Assembly (NCBI GenBank): GCA_035221665.1
Contig: CM069141.1
Coordinates: 46,934,001 to 46,998,000, forward strand
DNA from: Okamejei kenojei
Taxonomy: Eukaryota
Length of the DNA stretch: 64,000 bases
Direction: 5' to 3'
Below the pieces are notes generated by a model that was given only the letters and a program-made list of their open reading frames with translations, was not told where the DNA came from and made no database searches. Made by a program: the position numbers and the translations under genes. Of the stretch, positions 46,801 to 61,365 are shown piece after piece. The stretch's first letter is position 1. Each line of letters opens with the position of its first letter.

Positions 46801-47477
46801 TGAGAAGTGGTGATCGGAGCGGGATGGGTGTTAGAAAGGTATCACTGTCTTTGCAGACTGGGGGTCAGGCTGGTGAGTGGGTGTGAAAAGTGTTGTTTGG
46901 GGGTGGGAACCGGAAAGGGTCCAGTCTTTTCAGACTAGAGTCGCTGGTTTATTAGTAGGTTCTCGCTAAGTTGGTGCTAATGGGGAGGAGTGCGATGTAG
47001 TCACGTTTGCAGACTGGCGGTCTGCTGTGGTTGTTGGGAAGGGGCGTTAGGGGGTGGTGCCAGGGTTTACGTTTCTGCTTGTCAAACTGCAGTAGAAATC
47101 TCATTCAGGTCATTGGTCATCTGACTCGATTGTGAAGCATTTTAAGGAAACATTCCCTTTGTTTGTATTTATTTCGCCATTCGCTTTAAATATGTGCACA
47201 GTTGTTTATGGCGGTGTGTGTTGGCTGAAATCGGGCGAGAGAAAGGTTTGGGGCAAATGCTCGCAAGTGATAGCTGGAACACAGTTTGAGGGTGGAACAT
47301 TTTGGGCAGTTGATTTGCGTGGGGAATACTTGGCAGTTAAGGAGGAATTGTGTATCTCCAATCAAGGGATGGAAGGGATTGTCCCAGATGTCACCTTGGT
47401 TCGGTCATTGTGTAAAACGTTTGTGTTGTTATGGAATGTAAATAGTCGGACTAAATGAGGAGCAAATTTGAGAATGC

Positions 47478-48623
47478 TCCCACGAACCGCGTTTCAACAA
47501 TGCCAAGGAGGCGCTCGGGTAAAGGCAACGATGCTGGTACATGTCCACGGTCAATGCACCAACAGCACTCTCGGTTTCTATACATCTGGCAAGCCGTGGG
47601 CGGAGTGCTGGATGAACTGATCAATGGTAGCTGGCAGCCCCTCGCCTTTTTTCAATTTGTCACCTGAGAAACCCGAGCAGAAATAGAAGCGGCTTTCGAC
47701 CGGGAACTCCTCACGCTCTCGTCTCCTGTCTACGTCTACCCGGCATTTCCGCTACTTCATCATGGGCAAGGACGTATCACAGCTTTCAAACTAATCACAA
47801 CGGGGTACTCACTTTGCCTTTGCCAAACTTGTCTGATCCTTAGCCAGCACCGAATAGCAGTGCCATCTGACCCACATCTTCAGAATACACGACTTGCATC
47901 CAACCCATCGCAGGCAAGAGCAACCAGTTCCAGATGCGTTGTTCCTGCACACCGCACCCATCAATGCCATTCGCGCTTTGGCCCAGTTGTCGACCAGCGA
48001 GAGGATGAAGGCGACGCTCTGCACCTACAGCAACGCCATCTCAGCCGCCTGTCGCGCTTGGATGATGTGCGATTCGGGCCCGCTCCACGCCCCACACCTC
48101 TGCAACGTGTCCACTCCGGGACAGCCAAGACCCATCATCCCCGCTGCTGGCGCCGCCGGGTTTTTCAACATGGCAAAATGAAAGTTGTAATGCGCGGATG
48201 CTAAATGTGAGGTTATCCAGACTTTGGTAGCAGAAAAACAGGAAGGCAGATTACTATCCCTAAAATGGCGTCAAGTTGGGAAAGGGGGATCGTACAATGG
48301 GATCTGGGGGTCCTTGTACATCAGTCTATGAAATTAAGCATGGCAGGTACAGCAGGGAGTGAAGATAGGCATGTTTGGCCCTTTATAACAAGAGGAATCG
48401 AATAGATAGGAGCAAATACGCGTCCTTCTTACACGTTGTACAGAGCCTTAGTGAGACACGCATCCTGGAGTAGTGTGTGCAGTTTTGGGCCGCTAATTTG
48501 AGGAAGTGCACAGCGTGGGTTTACAAGATTAATTCTCGGGATGGCGGGTACTATCATATGCTGAGAGAATGGAGCAGTGCTGGGCTTGTATACTCTGGAG
48601 GTTAGACAAGGATGAGAGGAGAT
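47478..48623 (+). repeat. Inverted, indel-rich copy of ~34741-35803 (Gypsy RNase H + nested CR1)
   Basis: Reverse complement of the first copy, e.g. AVGGVLDELINGSWQPL now reads on the + strand. Confidence 0.85.
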
Positions 48624-51600
48624 GTGCACCCAGAGGAATTCGCTGCCCAGCAGCGTTGTGAGACCAGCGATGGTATCAAGGTTCACTTGAAGCGTCAGAG
48701 CGGGGGATGGTGCTGATCCTTTTATTCTGATCGCGGCGCTGCTGTTGGCGCGCAGTAGTCAGGGTAGGCCCCTAGTTTTCCGGAACAAGTGTCGGTGCCC
48801 CAGGTGGGCAAAACAATGGCCTCCGCTCCCGTGTCAATGAGAAAACGCTGCCCCCCGAATGAAGATCACAGGAGTAGACTATAGAGAACGGCAATCTTGC
48901 TTGGCGGCCTGCTCAGTTGCCTATTACCAAACGGCCGGTTGAGTGCGTTTCACACAGCTAGAAGCGTGCAGGGTGCGTCGGCATCAGCGGGCCTCCAAGC
49001 CCCACCTTTTGGTTGGTGAGTAGCCTCATCTTGTCCTAGGTGGCCGCCGACGTCATTGCGCCACTCCGTTCCGTGGAGGCTTGGGTACTCGCCATATGAC
49101 CTCGACGCGAGGGCACAGGCCGCCACCGAATGATGGTGGCTCCCTCCCTCGTGCGGCTGGCCTGTCACAAACGTCAGCACGGGCTGCCAGCCGTAGGGGG
49201 TCAGTGAAATCGTGCATTCGCGAGGAGGCAAGGCGTGGTATCCCAGGCATCTTGTTTTGAGGAAAAAACCTGTTCAAATGGAGGGGCGCAGGGTTTAGCT
49301 GTCCATGCATTAGGGGCCAGCATTTAGTTGCATCGTGCACGGCTTGCGTTGTGCGGTCGCGTAGGCCTACCATGTGCAGGAGTTTTTGCCGCCCTGTCGC
49401 TCTGGGCTGATATCGACATGCGTCCATGAGGAGCAGCATCTTGGTCCCTTCGTACTTGTTGTCGGGCTGGTGGTGGTGAAGGTGAATCGCCGAGGCGCCG
49501 GCGATTTCGGCTGGTTCCAGCGCACCTAACTTGGTGATGACGCTCGGCAGTTAGTCAGGGCGGATCTGTGGATTTGGGGCATCGGCCGGTTTCAAACCAA
49601 CCTGGGGCTTGCTTTTTGCGTGATCTCAGAAGGAGGGCAGTTTGATGCAAACTGCGTTCTGCAGATCTGGGGTTTCTCCTCCAGGCATGATGAAATCCAA
49701 AATTAGGGTCGTTTTGGGATCGTTGGGTTGGTCACCACTATGAATCACTCCATTTAATATCTAAACATTATACAGTTTATAATATCTGGCTACACAAAGC
49801 GATGGTGCCAAGTGAAGTACTAGCTCTGTCGTTCTGCAGAAAGATCCCATAGTTTTGCAGCCACCCGTCACCTGGAGCCTGAGCACCCAGATCGGCGTTG
49901 ATTCGGTCGGCCCAGATCCACGCAGTTCACGAGATGATCACGAGCTCTCGGCAAAGAAGGTTCGAGTCCAATAGTGGCTAAGGCTCCACATGGGTGGCGC
50001 CACACGTGTGGGGCTTTTGTTGGAAAAATTATCGCACAATCTCACTATTTGCGCCACCGAATGCTTGGTAATTGTCAGCTCTGCAAAATTGCAGACTGAG
50101 GCATCGATATGTCGGTACTCGGTACCATGCGAGTTAATTTGGGAATGGAATATTGGCAGAAAATTACGCAATCGGTTATATTTTTCTTGCTTACCCTAAT
50201 CTGCGAACTGTATAATTACACCCAACATCTGTAAAGAAAGGGTTATATAATCCGAATTTAATATGTGATTCACAGAAATAATAATGTCATCTACTATTCA
50301 CTGTTTGCATTCTGACTGATTCAATCGGGAGTGTGGTAGTTAAGTTGTACTATACCTTTTTCGAAAACAATTCTGGTATAACCCTTTGACGTGCAACGGG
50401 GAAAATAGGAGATTCTTGATATGTTGAATGACAATTCCCTCTCTTTCCCGCACGACATGCATTGCCTTATCGGAAGCGGAGTGCAACGGTGGTTTCGTCT
50501 CGAAGAGCGCGGAAAGAACCATGGACATTGGAATAAATAACCGTGTCCGCCGCAACAATCAGTTTCAAGTGAATTACTTTATGTGTCTGAAAACACAGAA
50601 ACCGAAGACGGATATTGTGTTTGCCCGGAATTGCTGTTGGATAATTCTTTGGACCGATAGAGCTGCAAGTCATCACTTCAACTGCAGAGTGCAACCACAG
50701 CTCACATTCGCATTTTTATTGCATTGGACTTCAATGATGCTTAACAACCTGTGTTCAATGACGATATTTACAGGGGGAGGCGTAAGCAGGAATCCACCTC
50801 AAAAGTTACTCAAGAGTAATGAAGTCAAAGAAATTGATTTGGATCACGAAGACTTGCGAAAGTCGTAACTGTGTTCGTGTTTAGACCGAGAAAGTGGGGA
50901 GCTTCGCATTGTGGGCTCTCGATGGTAATAAGTGCTGATAAAAAAAAATAATTGGACGTGTAAAAAATAAGACATTGCATCCGAAAAATAAGCTTTCAAT
51001 GAAATCCCGGAAATGCTCCTTCATGACACTTTGCGCTGACGCCTGGATCGCAAATGTTATGGATTGTGTTATCTGGAGGCCCCCACCGGTGGAACGGCCT
51101 AGTCACGCTGCAAATTACCCAATAACTTACCACTTTTGAACCTACAATACAAGGATACATTACAAATTAATTATCACTAGTGAAATGTCTTGATGTCCCA
51201 TGAAGCGATCTCTAAGCATGAAAGACACCTATTTCAGCCTGGGACCTGGGGTCACCTTCACTGTCCGCAAATATCATATTCAGATTAACAATTTCCGAAT
51301 GTTAATGGACACATCCAATCAACCAACAAAACATATATCGTCTCGGTCGAATAACGCTCGTTGGTGCGCCAGTTCAAAGTACCCCGCAACGGATCGGATC
51401 TGGACCAGTATTCGTATGTTTCCTCTTTTTTTTTTTTTTTTTTGTTTTTACACTTTTCGGATGAATCAAGTCATAAATTTGCCAGTTCGCCAATCACCAT
51501 AATTCTAGCTCAGATGAACACAGTATCAATTTACGCACTGCACGCTTGGTTCCGGACTGCATGGGAATCTCAAAACTTCCCGGATCCATTGTAAAGGCCC

Positions 51601-51930
51601 CGTGACGCCCGCGGCGCGTAGGCCCCAGTGAGCAGCGGCAGTGCGAGATCGTTCCGTTAGTGTGTCAGGGGTCAAGGGTTTACGTGGTTGTCACCAAGTT
51701 AAACTGATACAAATATGCAGCATTACAGGTACAAAACTCTCGGCTCTCTTGTTCTCAGGAGGGGTTAAAAATTCTACCGATCCTAGTTTGTACAACGTGG
51801 TGGCAACATCTGGTAGAAGCCAGAACAGCGTGGAAATCTCCTGGCACAAATACTGCTGTACAGACTTTCCAATTTAATGGTTCTCAATGAACAATTAGAT
51901 TTTGCAGAACAATGCTGAAGGAATTATGGA
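48624..51930 (+). repeat. Direct, indel-rich copy of ~36775-39760 (Gypsy gag/5' LTR + Pcdh unit 5 pseudogene)
   Basis: Colinear with the first copy including the LTR/exon junction; dense 1-2 bp indels; ends at the N gap. Confidence 0.9.
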
Positions 51931-52430
51931 NNNNNNNNNNNNNNNNNNNNNNNNNNNNNNNNNNNNNNNNNNNNNNNNNNNNNNNNNNNNNNNNNNNNNN
52001 NNNNNNNNNNNNNNNNNNNNNNNNNNNNNNNNNNNNNNNNNNNNNNNNNNNNNNNNNNNNNNNNNNNNNNNNNNNNNNNNNNNNNNNNNNNNNNNNNNNN
52101 NNNNNNNNNNNNNNNNNNNNNNNNNNNNNNNNNNNNNNNNNNNNNNNNNNNNNNNNNNNNNNNNNNNNNNNNNNNNNNNNNNNNNNNNNNNNNNNNNNNN
52201 NNNNNNNNNNNNNNNNNNNNNNNNNNNNNNNNNNNNNNNNNNNNNNNNNNNNNNNNNNNNNNNNNNNNNNNNNNNNNNNNNNNNNNNNNNNNNNNNNNNN
52301 NNNNNNNNNNNNNNNNNNNNNNNNNNNNNNNNNNNNNNNNNNNNNNNNNNNNNNNNNNNNNNNNNNNNNNNNNNNNNNNNNNNNNNNNNNNNNNNNNNNN
52401 NNNNNNNNNNNNNNNNNNNNNNNNNNNNNN
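51931..52430. other. Assembly gap (N run)
   Basis: 500 Ns. Confidence 1.
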
Positions 52431-52559
52431 TCCGAGTTTACTGTTACCGCGTACACTTCCAATATATTCGTACTCCCCGAGTAAACAGCTAATCCACACT
52501 ACATTATGATGGCGACAGGGCAGGGTGTTCCTCTCCTACAAAGTCACACCATCAACATC

Positions 52560-53690
52560 GTAGTCTTGCATAACGGGGATTCCCCTCCCCCACACTATTG
52601 ATGAGGCTCGCACCAGGTCACCTCCATACCCGCAACACTGCCCTCGCTCCCCATTCCCCCCAACTCGCAAACAGGGCAGAGTCCCCTGGTCCTCACCTTT
52701 CACCCCACCTGCCGGCAAATACATCACACACACACACTAGTCCTTCCGCCATTTCGCCACCATGCCAACTGACCCCTCCACCCGCCACATCTTCCCACCT
52801 GTCTGCCTTCGCAAAGACCGCTCCCTCCGCAACTAGCTACCTCCCTTGTCAAATCTTCCTCCCCTCCCACTCTACACCCTCTCCCCGGGCACTTTCCCTT
52901 GCAAACCAGCAAGAAATGCACACTTGTCCCCTTCACCTCCCCCTCCACTCTTTCAGTGCCCCAAGCGAGATCCTTCCTAGGTCCGACGAGGTTCACCTGC
53001 TCCTCCTCCAACCTCATCTACTGCATCCGTTGCTCCAGATGCCCATCATATCGGTGAGACCAAGCAGGCTTGTGCTCGCTTCGCCGAACACCTCCGCTCG
53101 GTCCGCAATAACACCCGACCTCCCTGGTGGCTCACTTCAACTCCCCCTTCCAATTCCACATCCCGACCTCTCGTCCCTGGCCTTCCTCCACGTCCAGAGT
53201 GAGCCACACAACAGCCGCAAGCTGGAGAACAGCCCGTCACATCTCCGCTTGGGGAGTCTCCATCCTTATGGGCTAGAATATATGAATTTTCTCTCAATTT
53301 CTGTTAAACCATGATGAGCTCCCTCCTCCTCCCCTTCCCACCCTCTCCCTCATCCCTCGGGCTCCCTTGGCATTCCCTCTATCTCTATCTCCCTCCCACC
53401 ACCCATCGCACCAGCTTCTTTTTCACACCACACACACACAGACATTACAATGGCTTGTTCCCTTTATCAACCGATACTTTGTTGCATATCTTTTCACTCA
53501 TTGTTTCCTTATCTCTCCCACATCACCTCTATATCTCTCGTTTACCCTGACCCTGACCATTCTGAAGAAGTGTCCTCGACCCGAACGTCGCCTATCTCCT
53601 TCTGCTCCTTAGATGCTGCTGCACCCGCTGAGTTTTCTCCAGCTTTTTGTGTACCCTCGATTCTCCACATCTGCAGTACTCCTCTTCTTC
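52560..53690 (+). mobile_element. Penelope-like element 3' part with pLTR
   Basis: Similar to 27790-28505 (ggtgagaccaagc.ggctt...cgcttcgccgaacacctccgctcggtccgcaat); ctgaagaag..gacccga.cgtcgcctat at 53562-53596. Confidence 0.75.
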
Positions 53691-56600
53691 TCTAACTTCC
53701 GTATCCTTGTCGTGTGTTGAGCGAGTGGCGAGCCAGCCCACACCATTCAACAACGCTGTGGACTACACTTCTGTATTCATTCCCCTCCCCTCACTGATGC
53801 AGCCCACGAATGCAGAGACATCTGAAAAAGGTGGCAGGATACGGAAGTAGTATCTGAAGTCCGAGGTGTCGATGTGTCTCTCTCTAGAAGGGAGAGATGG
53901 CACCCTGTTGTTGCTCACATCGGCGAAAGACAACACACACATTGTAGCCTGACATATTGGTGGTCGTCCAGTCTAGGTAGTTGGTGAAGTCAGTATGTGA
54001 TCTCCTAAGCATTCAGGCCGCTGGTGTTAAAAGTACTGGAGAAGTAAAAAAAAACACATTACTCGCACCATCTGTCCCCGTCTTATCCAGGTGAGCTTGG
54101 GTACGATGTGCGGCAGGTGGATGACGGGTGCCTCGACACACCATCTTTTGTTTGGTAAGCGAAAATGCAGGTGGTCACTGGTGTTTAAACCAGGGTTGCA
54201 TGTGAGTGACCACCAGCCTCCTCGGAGAGTCATGATGCGTGGCCCATCAGCAACACCGACGTCAGTAGTCCATTAGAGGACTGGGCGCGTCCTCTATCTC
54301 GTCTCCACATGACCAGACTCACATATGCTGGAGTACTCCGCACAGCTGGCTGGCACACCAAACAAACCTTGAGTGCCCTAGGACTGACCACTAAGCGGGA
54401 CGCGTGGCTTGCCTTGCGCGGAGTCTGCTCAGTTCTGGGAATCTGGCATACGTTGAATCCACATGTCACCAGGGCCCGCATAAAGTAGCTCAATCGGTGT
54501 GGTAGTTCGGTCAGACAATCACAACCATTTTGCCAAGGAGGAAAAAGTCAAACTAGAATGGTAAAGGTCCACGCGAGAAAAAGGAAAAGAATTTAAGAGA
54601 ATATGCCGTGTAGGTTTTATCAACAAGAGGGCGGTGCGACGCCTGGCAATAAAATCTGGCAGGTGTACGAGTGGACAAGATACATAGTGGCGTTTAATGC
54701 GTGCTTTCAGATAGGCCACATGGATAATGCAGATAATGTACGGCATATGGATCATGTGCAAGTAGGGCGAGATTAATTTACCATTGGTAATCAATTTGGC
54801 ACAGATATTTTTATTCTTCTAAGGATCATCTCCCGTCCGCATACACATTTCGGTATGTTCTATGTGGTATAAAACTGCGGATGTGCCTGATTAAATGCAA
54901 TCTTCCCCGAGAACAAAACCAGACCATTTACAATCCTCTGGTCCAACATATAAGGGATAATGCAAGACAGTCAGTTTAATTTCGCTGGTGGGAGAGAGAC
55001 TTTAAGAATAGTACCGCCGAAACATTTGTATTTGCGTTTGTAATTTTTTTTTTTTTGAAGGCCAATGGTTTTATGAACCGGAAATGAAATATTAAAGTGA
55101 TGTGATAGTAAAGCGTTTGTGGTCATTGTATTTTGTGGTTTGGCAGAAATTCATTTGAGAGACATCCATTCGTAAGGCTGGTTGGCCAACAAATCCAAGT
55201 CCCATTGGGTCGCACTTTCCTTCCTCAATCATTCTTCTTTTAAGACAGTGTTTTGATATTCATGTTTTATCAAGGGAGTGGACTTTGCTTCTTCTTGCAA
55301 TCCTTCTTGGAGAAAAAATACGAAAGCCAAGCATGCTTTCCATGAAAATGGTTTAAAGACATAATAGAATATATTTAATTAGGGAGATGGTGAGGTGCAA
55401 TTTGCAATGGGGACGATTTTTGTATCAAAAACGAACTTAGAATAAGGTTGTGTAGGCTAGAATTTCTGACCTGGGCCGACACAAGGCTAGAGAGCATCGT
55501 AAACGGTAAGCCAGGTTTGCATGGACACGGTATATAGGCAGGCCTCATGGACAGACAACGCTGAATGAAATTTATGCTGCGATGTGCAAGAAGTCCATGT
55601 ACTTTGTTCGGAAGCATAAGAGAGACAATAGATCTTTGCAATAGCACCTGGAACAGAACCACATGGAAGTTTGACGTGTATAATTCAAACTACCATTCTT
55701 AAGAGTGAGGAATCTCCCATGCCATGAAAGAAAACTAAATCTGTACCAACACAGGGAATTCGATATGATAGGTTGTGATGATGCCAGCTCATGAGACAAA
55801 AGTGAAGGGCAAATAGGCTGATGATCGTGCCCTTTAATGGAATTGTAGTTATCCTGGAACTATACCTACACTGCAAACGTGTTTACAATTCACGTAGCTT
55901 AGAGAAATTCCTTAGCGAAAATACGAGAAACACCCCATAGCAGATTGATAATATTTCTTGGATTATACAAAAGCAAAAATGCCAGACCTTTCGGGTCTCA
56001 AATATGGCGAGAAAGAATAATAAAAACGACTTGATCTTTAATTATAACTCGGTAATGTTTAGGACAGCAAAAGTAGTTAGTTTATGATATAAAGGGTCGT
56101 CAGACGGCGTACGAGGGAAGGGAGTCGGTGGGCGGCGTTGAAAGGGCACATGGGACATATGTCAATCTGATAGGGATCAAGTGGATCTGTAGCACAAATG
56201 GTGGTGCTGAAGGCTAAGACGGGCTTGTAGATTGCAGACAAACTCGTCTAGATGACAGGCAAAAATGTAAGGTGGTGAATGAAGTCATAATGACAAGCTA
56301 AGTGAAAGCTAAACAGAGGCATGCAGTATTGCAGCTGCACTTTCCCAGAGATGCCCACCTTCCTTCGTGTAGTAGCTTGTGTACACCGAAGATCCTGAAG
56401 GGCGAACCGCCTGAGCATTGCTCCTTGCAGGGTCACCCGTGTTCGGGCAATTCGAGCGGAGGTTTTAGTCAAAGCTCGAACCAAGAGGAACACTACAACG
56501 ATGGAACAGGCGCATGGATGGTGACTGGCCAGCAGGTGGAGCCTACACAGTGAGAAGGCGGAATAAGATTGCAGCAGGGAGAGGTTCCACTGTTGTGGGT

Positions 56601-57269
56601 ACATTGACTCTGGCTTGCCTCTGTCGAGGACCATTATGCTGAATCTCCATGATCAGTCTCCCATGTTTAAAATATGTCACGAACAGGCGTTCACCTGTAG
56701 GATTAAATTTAGATGATCCGGGCATCGTTCTTAGCCATTTCCGTCCTACAGGCAATGAACAATCAGGAGGAATCAATTCGCTTCGATGTGATCATTGATG
56801 ATGCTTATGATGATTCATGATGGCGGCGGTGATGGTGCTGATGGTAGGTGGCAGCGCACAAAAACGGAACTGAATACTCAACTACTGTGGATAGGAGAAC
56901 GGACAAAAAAGCAAGTAGTGCGTTAGATTGTTTACATTTGGAACCGAATTGGCCAGTTCAGATACAAGCCGGAAAAAAATATTATCCGGTGATGTTGATA
57001 AAAATTGCTGTTCAGAACGGTTGTAAATGTTTATTAGCGAGGGACACCAAATAGTTTCGGCTCTGAGTAATTGGGGTTTTCAACATAAACAGGATGTTAA
57101 ACCAGAGATATATAGTTCCAGTGGGGGTTGAGAACTAAAGCGAAAGGGAACTGGAAACGGCTATTTTGCTGACTGAGGAAGGTTTTGAAATACTTCACAT
57201 AATCTCCATTTGGTTTTCCAAAGTAAGAGAGAATAGATTTCGAAGCATTGAGTATCGTTCACATATTGG

Positions 57270-58925
57270 AGAGAATTGTAGTGGAATTATTGAATCACCC
57301 AAAAAAAAATGGATACATGGATGTGCGACGGGACGGACATTGGAGTACAAGGACAATAATGTAAGCTTTAAAAAAAACCATTGCTTAGGTGCAAATGACT
57401 ATGCTGTACGTTTGATTCCCATTTACTGGAGTTATGGGAACAAAAAAAACCAACAGTGTGTGACGTTTTGCACTTTGGGAGGTTCCAATGTGAGGGGAGA
57501 ATATTAGTTAATGGCAAGAGCCACATTAGGTATTGCTGTGCAGAGGGACAAGGGCGTCGACGGTTATTCTCAGGGTGGTAAAGACAACATATGGTTGTGG
57601 GTCGCCCCCGTCAGTGGTATAGGGGCATTACGCACAAGAGCCTGGGGAAGTCACCTTACAGCTCTAGAAGTCTTTGGTTAGCAGCATATAGGGAGTTGGT
57701 TGTAGTTTTGGTTGTCTGGCTTTGGAGAAGTGCAGAGGAGGTTTACCAGATTGCTGCGTGGATGAGAGGGTTTCAGTACAAGGAGGTGAAATTTTGTATT
57801 TTCTCTGAAAATTCGTCGGTTGAGGGGGAGACTTGATAGAAGGAAAAATAAAATTATGACGAGGCAAAGATCGAGACGATATTCCGAAACCTTTTCCCGA
57901 GGTCCGAATGTCCAATACTAGAGAGATAGCTATACGATAAGAGGGGAGGACATTTATGAGACATATATTTTCGGGGCCATCTTTTATACAGAGAGTATGA
58001 GGGACGATGCACATAGTCAGGGCTGGTGGTGGTGGCTGAAACAACAGTGGAATTAAGAGGGCGTATCGATAGGCGGCTTGGAAGTGCAAGGAATATAGGA
58101 TCAAATTCAGATGTTTAGCTTTGGTTGGAATCATTTCTCCCCAAGCATTGTGGACCCAAAGGAGAGGCAATTGCTGTGTTTATTGGGGAGATCACGCAAA
58201 TGATGTTTAACCGTGCCTGACTAGATACGAGTATTAGCTGTAGGAGAAGGCTGGCCAAATTTGGACTGCTTTTCTCTGGTGCATTGGAGGATGAGAATAG
58301 GCCTGATATACGTTTATAAACGTGAGAGGCATAGATGGGATTCATCACCCATACTTTCGAGCACAACACGAACTTCACGCCATTAAGACCATATACGTTC
58401 CATGGTCCCTGTTATTTTTGTGTCTATATCCTCTTAAACGTATCAGTTTGTAAGATTCGAGGTGAGTGACTACGAGCCATTGGTATTCCTTTTGAGTATT
58501 TTTAAGACTATTCTATACGGAGAAAAGAAAAAATGATTGGGACGGTGAGAGTAGGGAGTTTGAAATTATGAGTATTCACATAAATCGAATAGTCGTGATC
58601 ATGACGTGGACATACTTTGCCAGGAAGAAGTGATAACGTCGAAGTGGCATAGCTTGAAGGTTAGAGGGTAAAGTTTAATGAAATAATTTGCGCGGCACGA
58701 TTTTTTACACACAAGGGGGCGGTTACCAGGACTGCTTTGTGACGCTGGTTATTAGATGCAAATACCATATTTACATTCAAAGCTATTTAAATAGGGTAAA
58801 CATGCAGCAGAGGAAAGGAGGGATATGGATCACGTTGCACGGCAGGAGAAGTTAACCTGGCATCATTTTCCGGCACGGACATTGTGGATGCAGACTTATC
58901 CCGCGCTCAACTGTTCTATGATTAA
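57270..58925 (+). mobile_element. Degraded CR1-like LINE fragments
   Basis: Recognisable pieces such as gtgcagaggaggtttaccag..tgctgc.tgga and gagggggagacttgatagaag; noisy sequence. Confidence 0.5.
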
Positions 58926-59664
58926 TAATCTCTGGCGCAGCAGGTTCGTTAAACGGATTATATAACGAAACCATCGGGTGCAGGTAATGATTATCGGAGC
59001 GCAATAAATGAATGCTCCCATTCAAATGGTTGCAGCCTATTCGTACCTGCCAAACTTTCGTGGTAACGAGAGATTCGTTTTACCCAGGGCAACTTTAAAG
59101 GAGAAATGATCTATGGACCAATGCGCAATGCATTCGTATCTTTACATTTGCAAATCCGGCGACCCCTTTGGAATGAAAGCACCGCAGATTTTGAAGCAAA
59201 ACTGGATTCAAAATATCGCAAAGTTTACTTCGACTAACTTCTTATTGGTACCAAATTCGTAACCTTCCACATTGCCATCAGCGTCTATTGAGTTGGACTG
59301 CGCGCAGAAGTGGTATTGGAGACTTTCGTTTAGTTTGAGAGATACCAGTGTGGATACAGGCTCTGCCGGTTCACACGAAGAATCCGACGACGACCAACGA
59401 TCACCCCGTCACCGGCACTATCTATACACTAGGAACAATTTACAATTATTTAGAAAGCGATTCACTTTCAAACGGATGGGTTGTGGGAAGAAAGGAAACG
59501 GGAGCACTCTGAGAAGAAACCGCCCGCTTGTCACGTGAAAATGTATACACGTCGTGCAGACACACCGTAGTCAGGATCTGAACTGCGTCTCTGGCGTTGT
59601 TAGGAAGCAACTTTATCGTTGCGCCCAGTTGCCGCCAAAGGACCGAATCAATCGTTAGAACCAG

Positions 59665-60080
59665 GAAACAGAAAAAATAGGTGCAGATGGGCGGCGGCCA
59701 TTCGGCTTCGAAGCCAGCAGGCGCCATCCTTGTGTCATGGCTGATCGTCCCCAATCAATAACGTTGCCATGACTTCTCCCCATATCCTGATTCCATAGCC
59801 TAGAGCTCTATCTAACTAATCTGTAAAACCATCCAATGACTTGGCCTCCACTGCTCTCTGTGGCAGGGATTTCACAAATTAACACAACTGTTTGGGTGAA
59901 AAAAGTTTTTTTACACCTCAGTCTTAAATGGCTTCCCCTTTATTCTAAACCGTGGTTCTGGAACTCGCCAACATTGGGACCATTTTTCCTGCATCTAGCT
60001 TGTCCAGTCCTTTTATAATTTTATATGTTCTATAAATTCCCCTCATCCTTCTAAACTCCAGTGAATACAAGCCTAGTCTT
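59665..60080 (-). mobile_element. CR1-clade (HER1-like) LINE 3' fragment
   Basis: Similar to 34353-34790 (ggccattcggcttcgaagccagc..., ctcatccttctaaactccagtgaatacaagcc). Confidence 0.75.
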
Positions 60081-61081
60081 TTTGAAAGTGTTAAGCCCGA
60101 AACGTTGCCTATCTCCCCCGCTCCATAGATGCTGCATCACCCGCGGAGTTTATCCAGCATTTTGTGTTCCCTAGTCTTTTTAATCCGAATCTAAACATTA
60201 CTGAGTGGTGGATGTACAAAAAAACAACAACAACCGCACAACACTGAATATTTTGAAGCGATCATTTGACTTCCTACGGCTCCACACGTTCAAATTCACG
60301 AGGAATATTCGATTGGCAGCAACGGATATCGCCAGTGGATCCACCAACAAGGCAAATGGAACAGATTCCGGTAAGAACACAAGAAACATCTCTCTATGAT
60401 ACAGAGAATAACGAGGATAAGTTCAAACAAGGAAATGCGAATGCTGGTTTTACCAATTAAATAAAACACCAGATGCTGGAACAACTCAACGGCCCAGGCA
60501 GCATCCCTAGATAAAATGTGTCGGGAGGAAAGTACTGCATTTGCTGGGTTTAATTGAAGGTAGTCACAAAATTCTGGAGTAAACTCAGCGAGGTAGGGCA
60601 GCATCTACGGAGAGAAGGAATGAGATGCTGCCTGTCCTAGATAGATTGGAAAGGTGCGAGTTATTTAGACTGTCTGAGGAATGGTCCTCTGACCCGAAAC
60701 ATCACCCATCAAAGGATATACCTTGTGGGGATATGGGAATCTGAATCAATAAGACCATCCCTAAATAACATGCCGAAAACACATTTCATAATCTTTTATC
60801 ATCTGGAAACTGCAAGGTAATCACCACAACAAAACGCATGCTTCTATCCCAAGTTGGCTCATTTTAGTCAGAGTAATTTGAAGAATATATCTGCGGAGTG
60901 CTGCTCATTCTTGGACAATTTGGCGTTTCTTCACCTTTCTTCACCCTTTCTTCACCTTTCTTCACCACGGGAATTCCCACCAAGAAAAATTAACGGCTGC
61001 CGGTAAATGAAAGGATATTAACAATTAAATATTGGGTTCGTTAACATTAACCGGGACCTTTATATCTATACATCAGGTATA

Positions 61082-61365
61082 AGGGCGGCACGTGTTGACG
61101 CACCGATAGAATTGTTCCCTGACAGCGCCATGTTCGATCCTGTGTACGCGTTCGTTTGTACGTTCTTGCCATGAAGTGTTTTCTCCGGGCGCTCCGGTTT
61201 CCTTCCATACTCGTTCCAAACCGTTCAGAGTTTGTAGGCTATTTGGGTAGGTAAAATTGTACATTGTCCCCAGTGGCTAATGTTAGTGTGCGGGGGAATT
61301 GCTGGCCGGGCGCCGGACTTCGGTGGACCGAAGGTCCTTTTTCTCCGCGTTATATCTCGAAACTA
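61082..61365 (+). mobile_element. V-SINE (HE1-like)
   Basis: gggcggcacg.. head, gttcgatcc B box, ttttctccgggcgctccggtttccttcca V-domain-like core, and a ggaccgaagg..tatctc.aaactaa tail. Confidence 0.7.

Noticed and set aside
51884-52499. Long ORFs in the track made of X residues (also 29200-29457)
   Set aside because: Artefacts of N gaps.
54600-54680. Short AVRRLA-like peptide reminiscent of histone H4
   Set aside because: Only a few residues match, with no ORF or flanking H4 sequence; the region is low-quality sequence.
53700-57250. Numerous short ORFs in unassignable sequence after the second gap
   Set aside because: No recognisable domains; neighbouring repeats show heavy indel noise, so this is probably poor consensus or decayed repeats.
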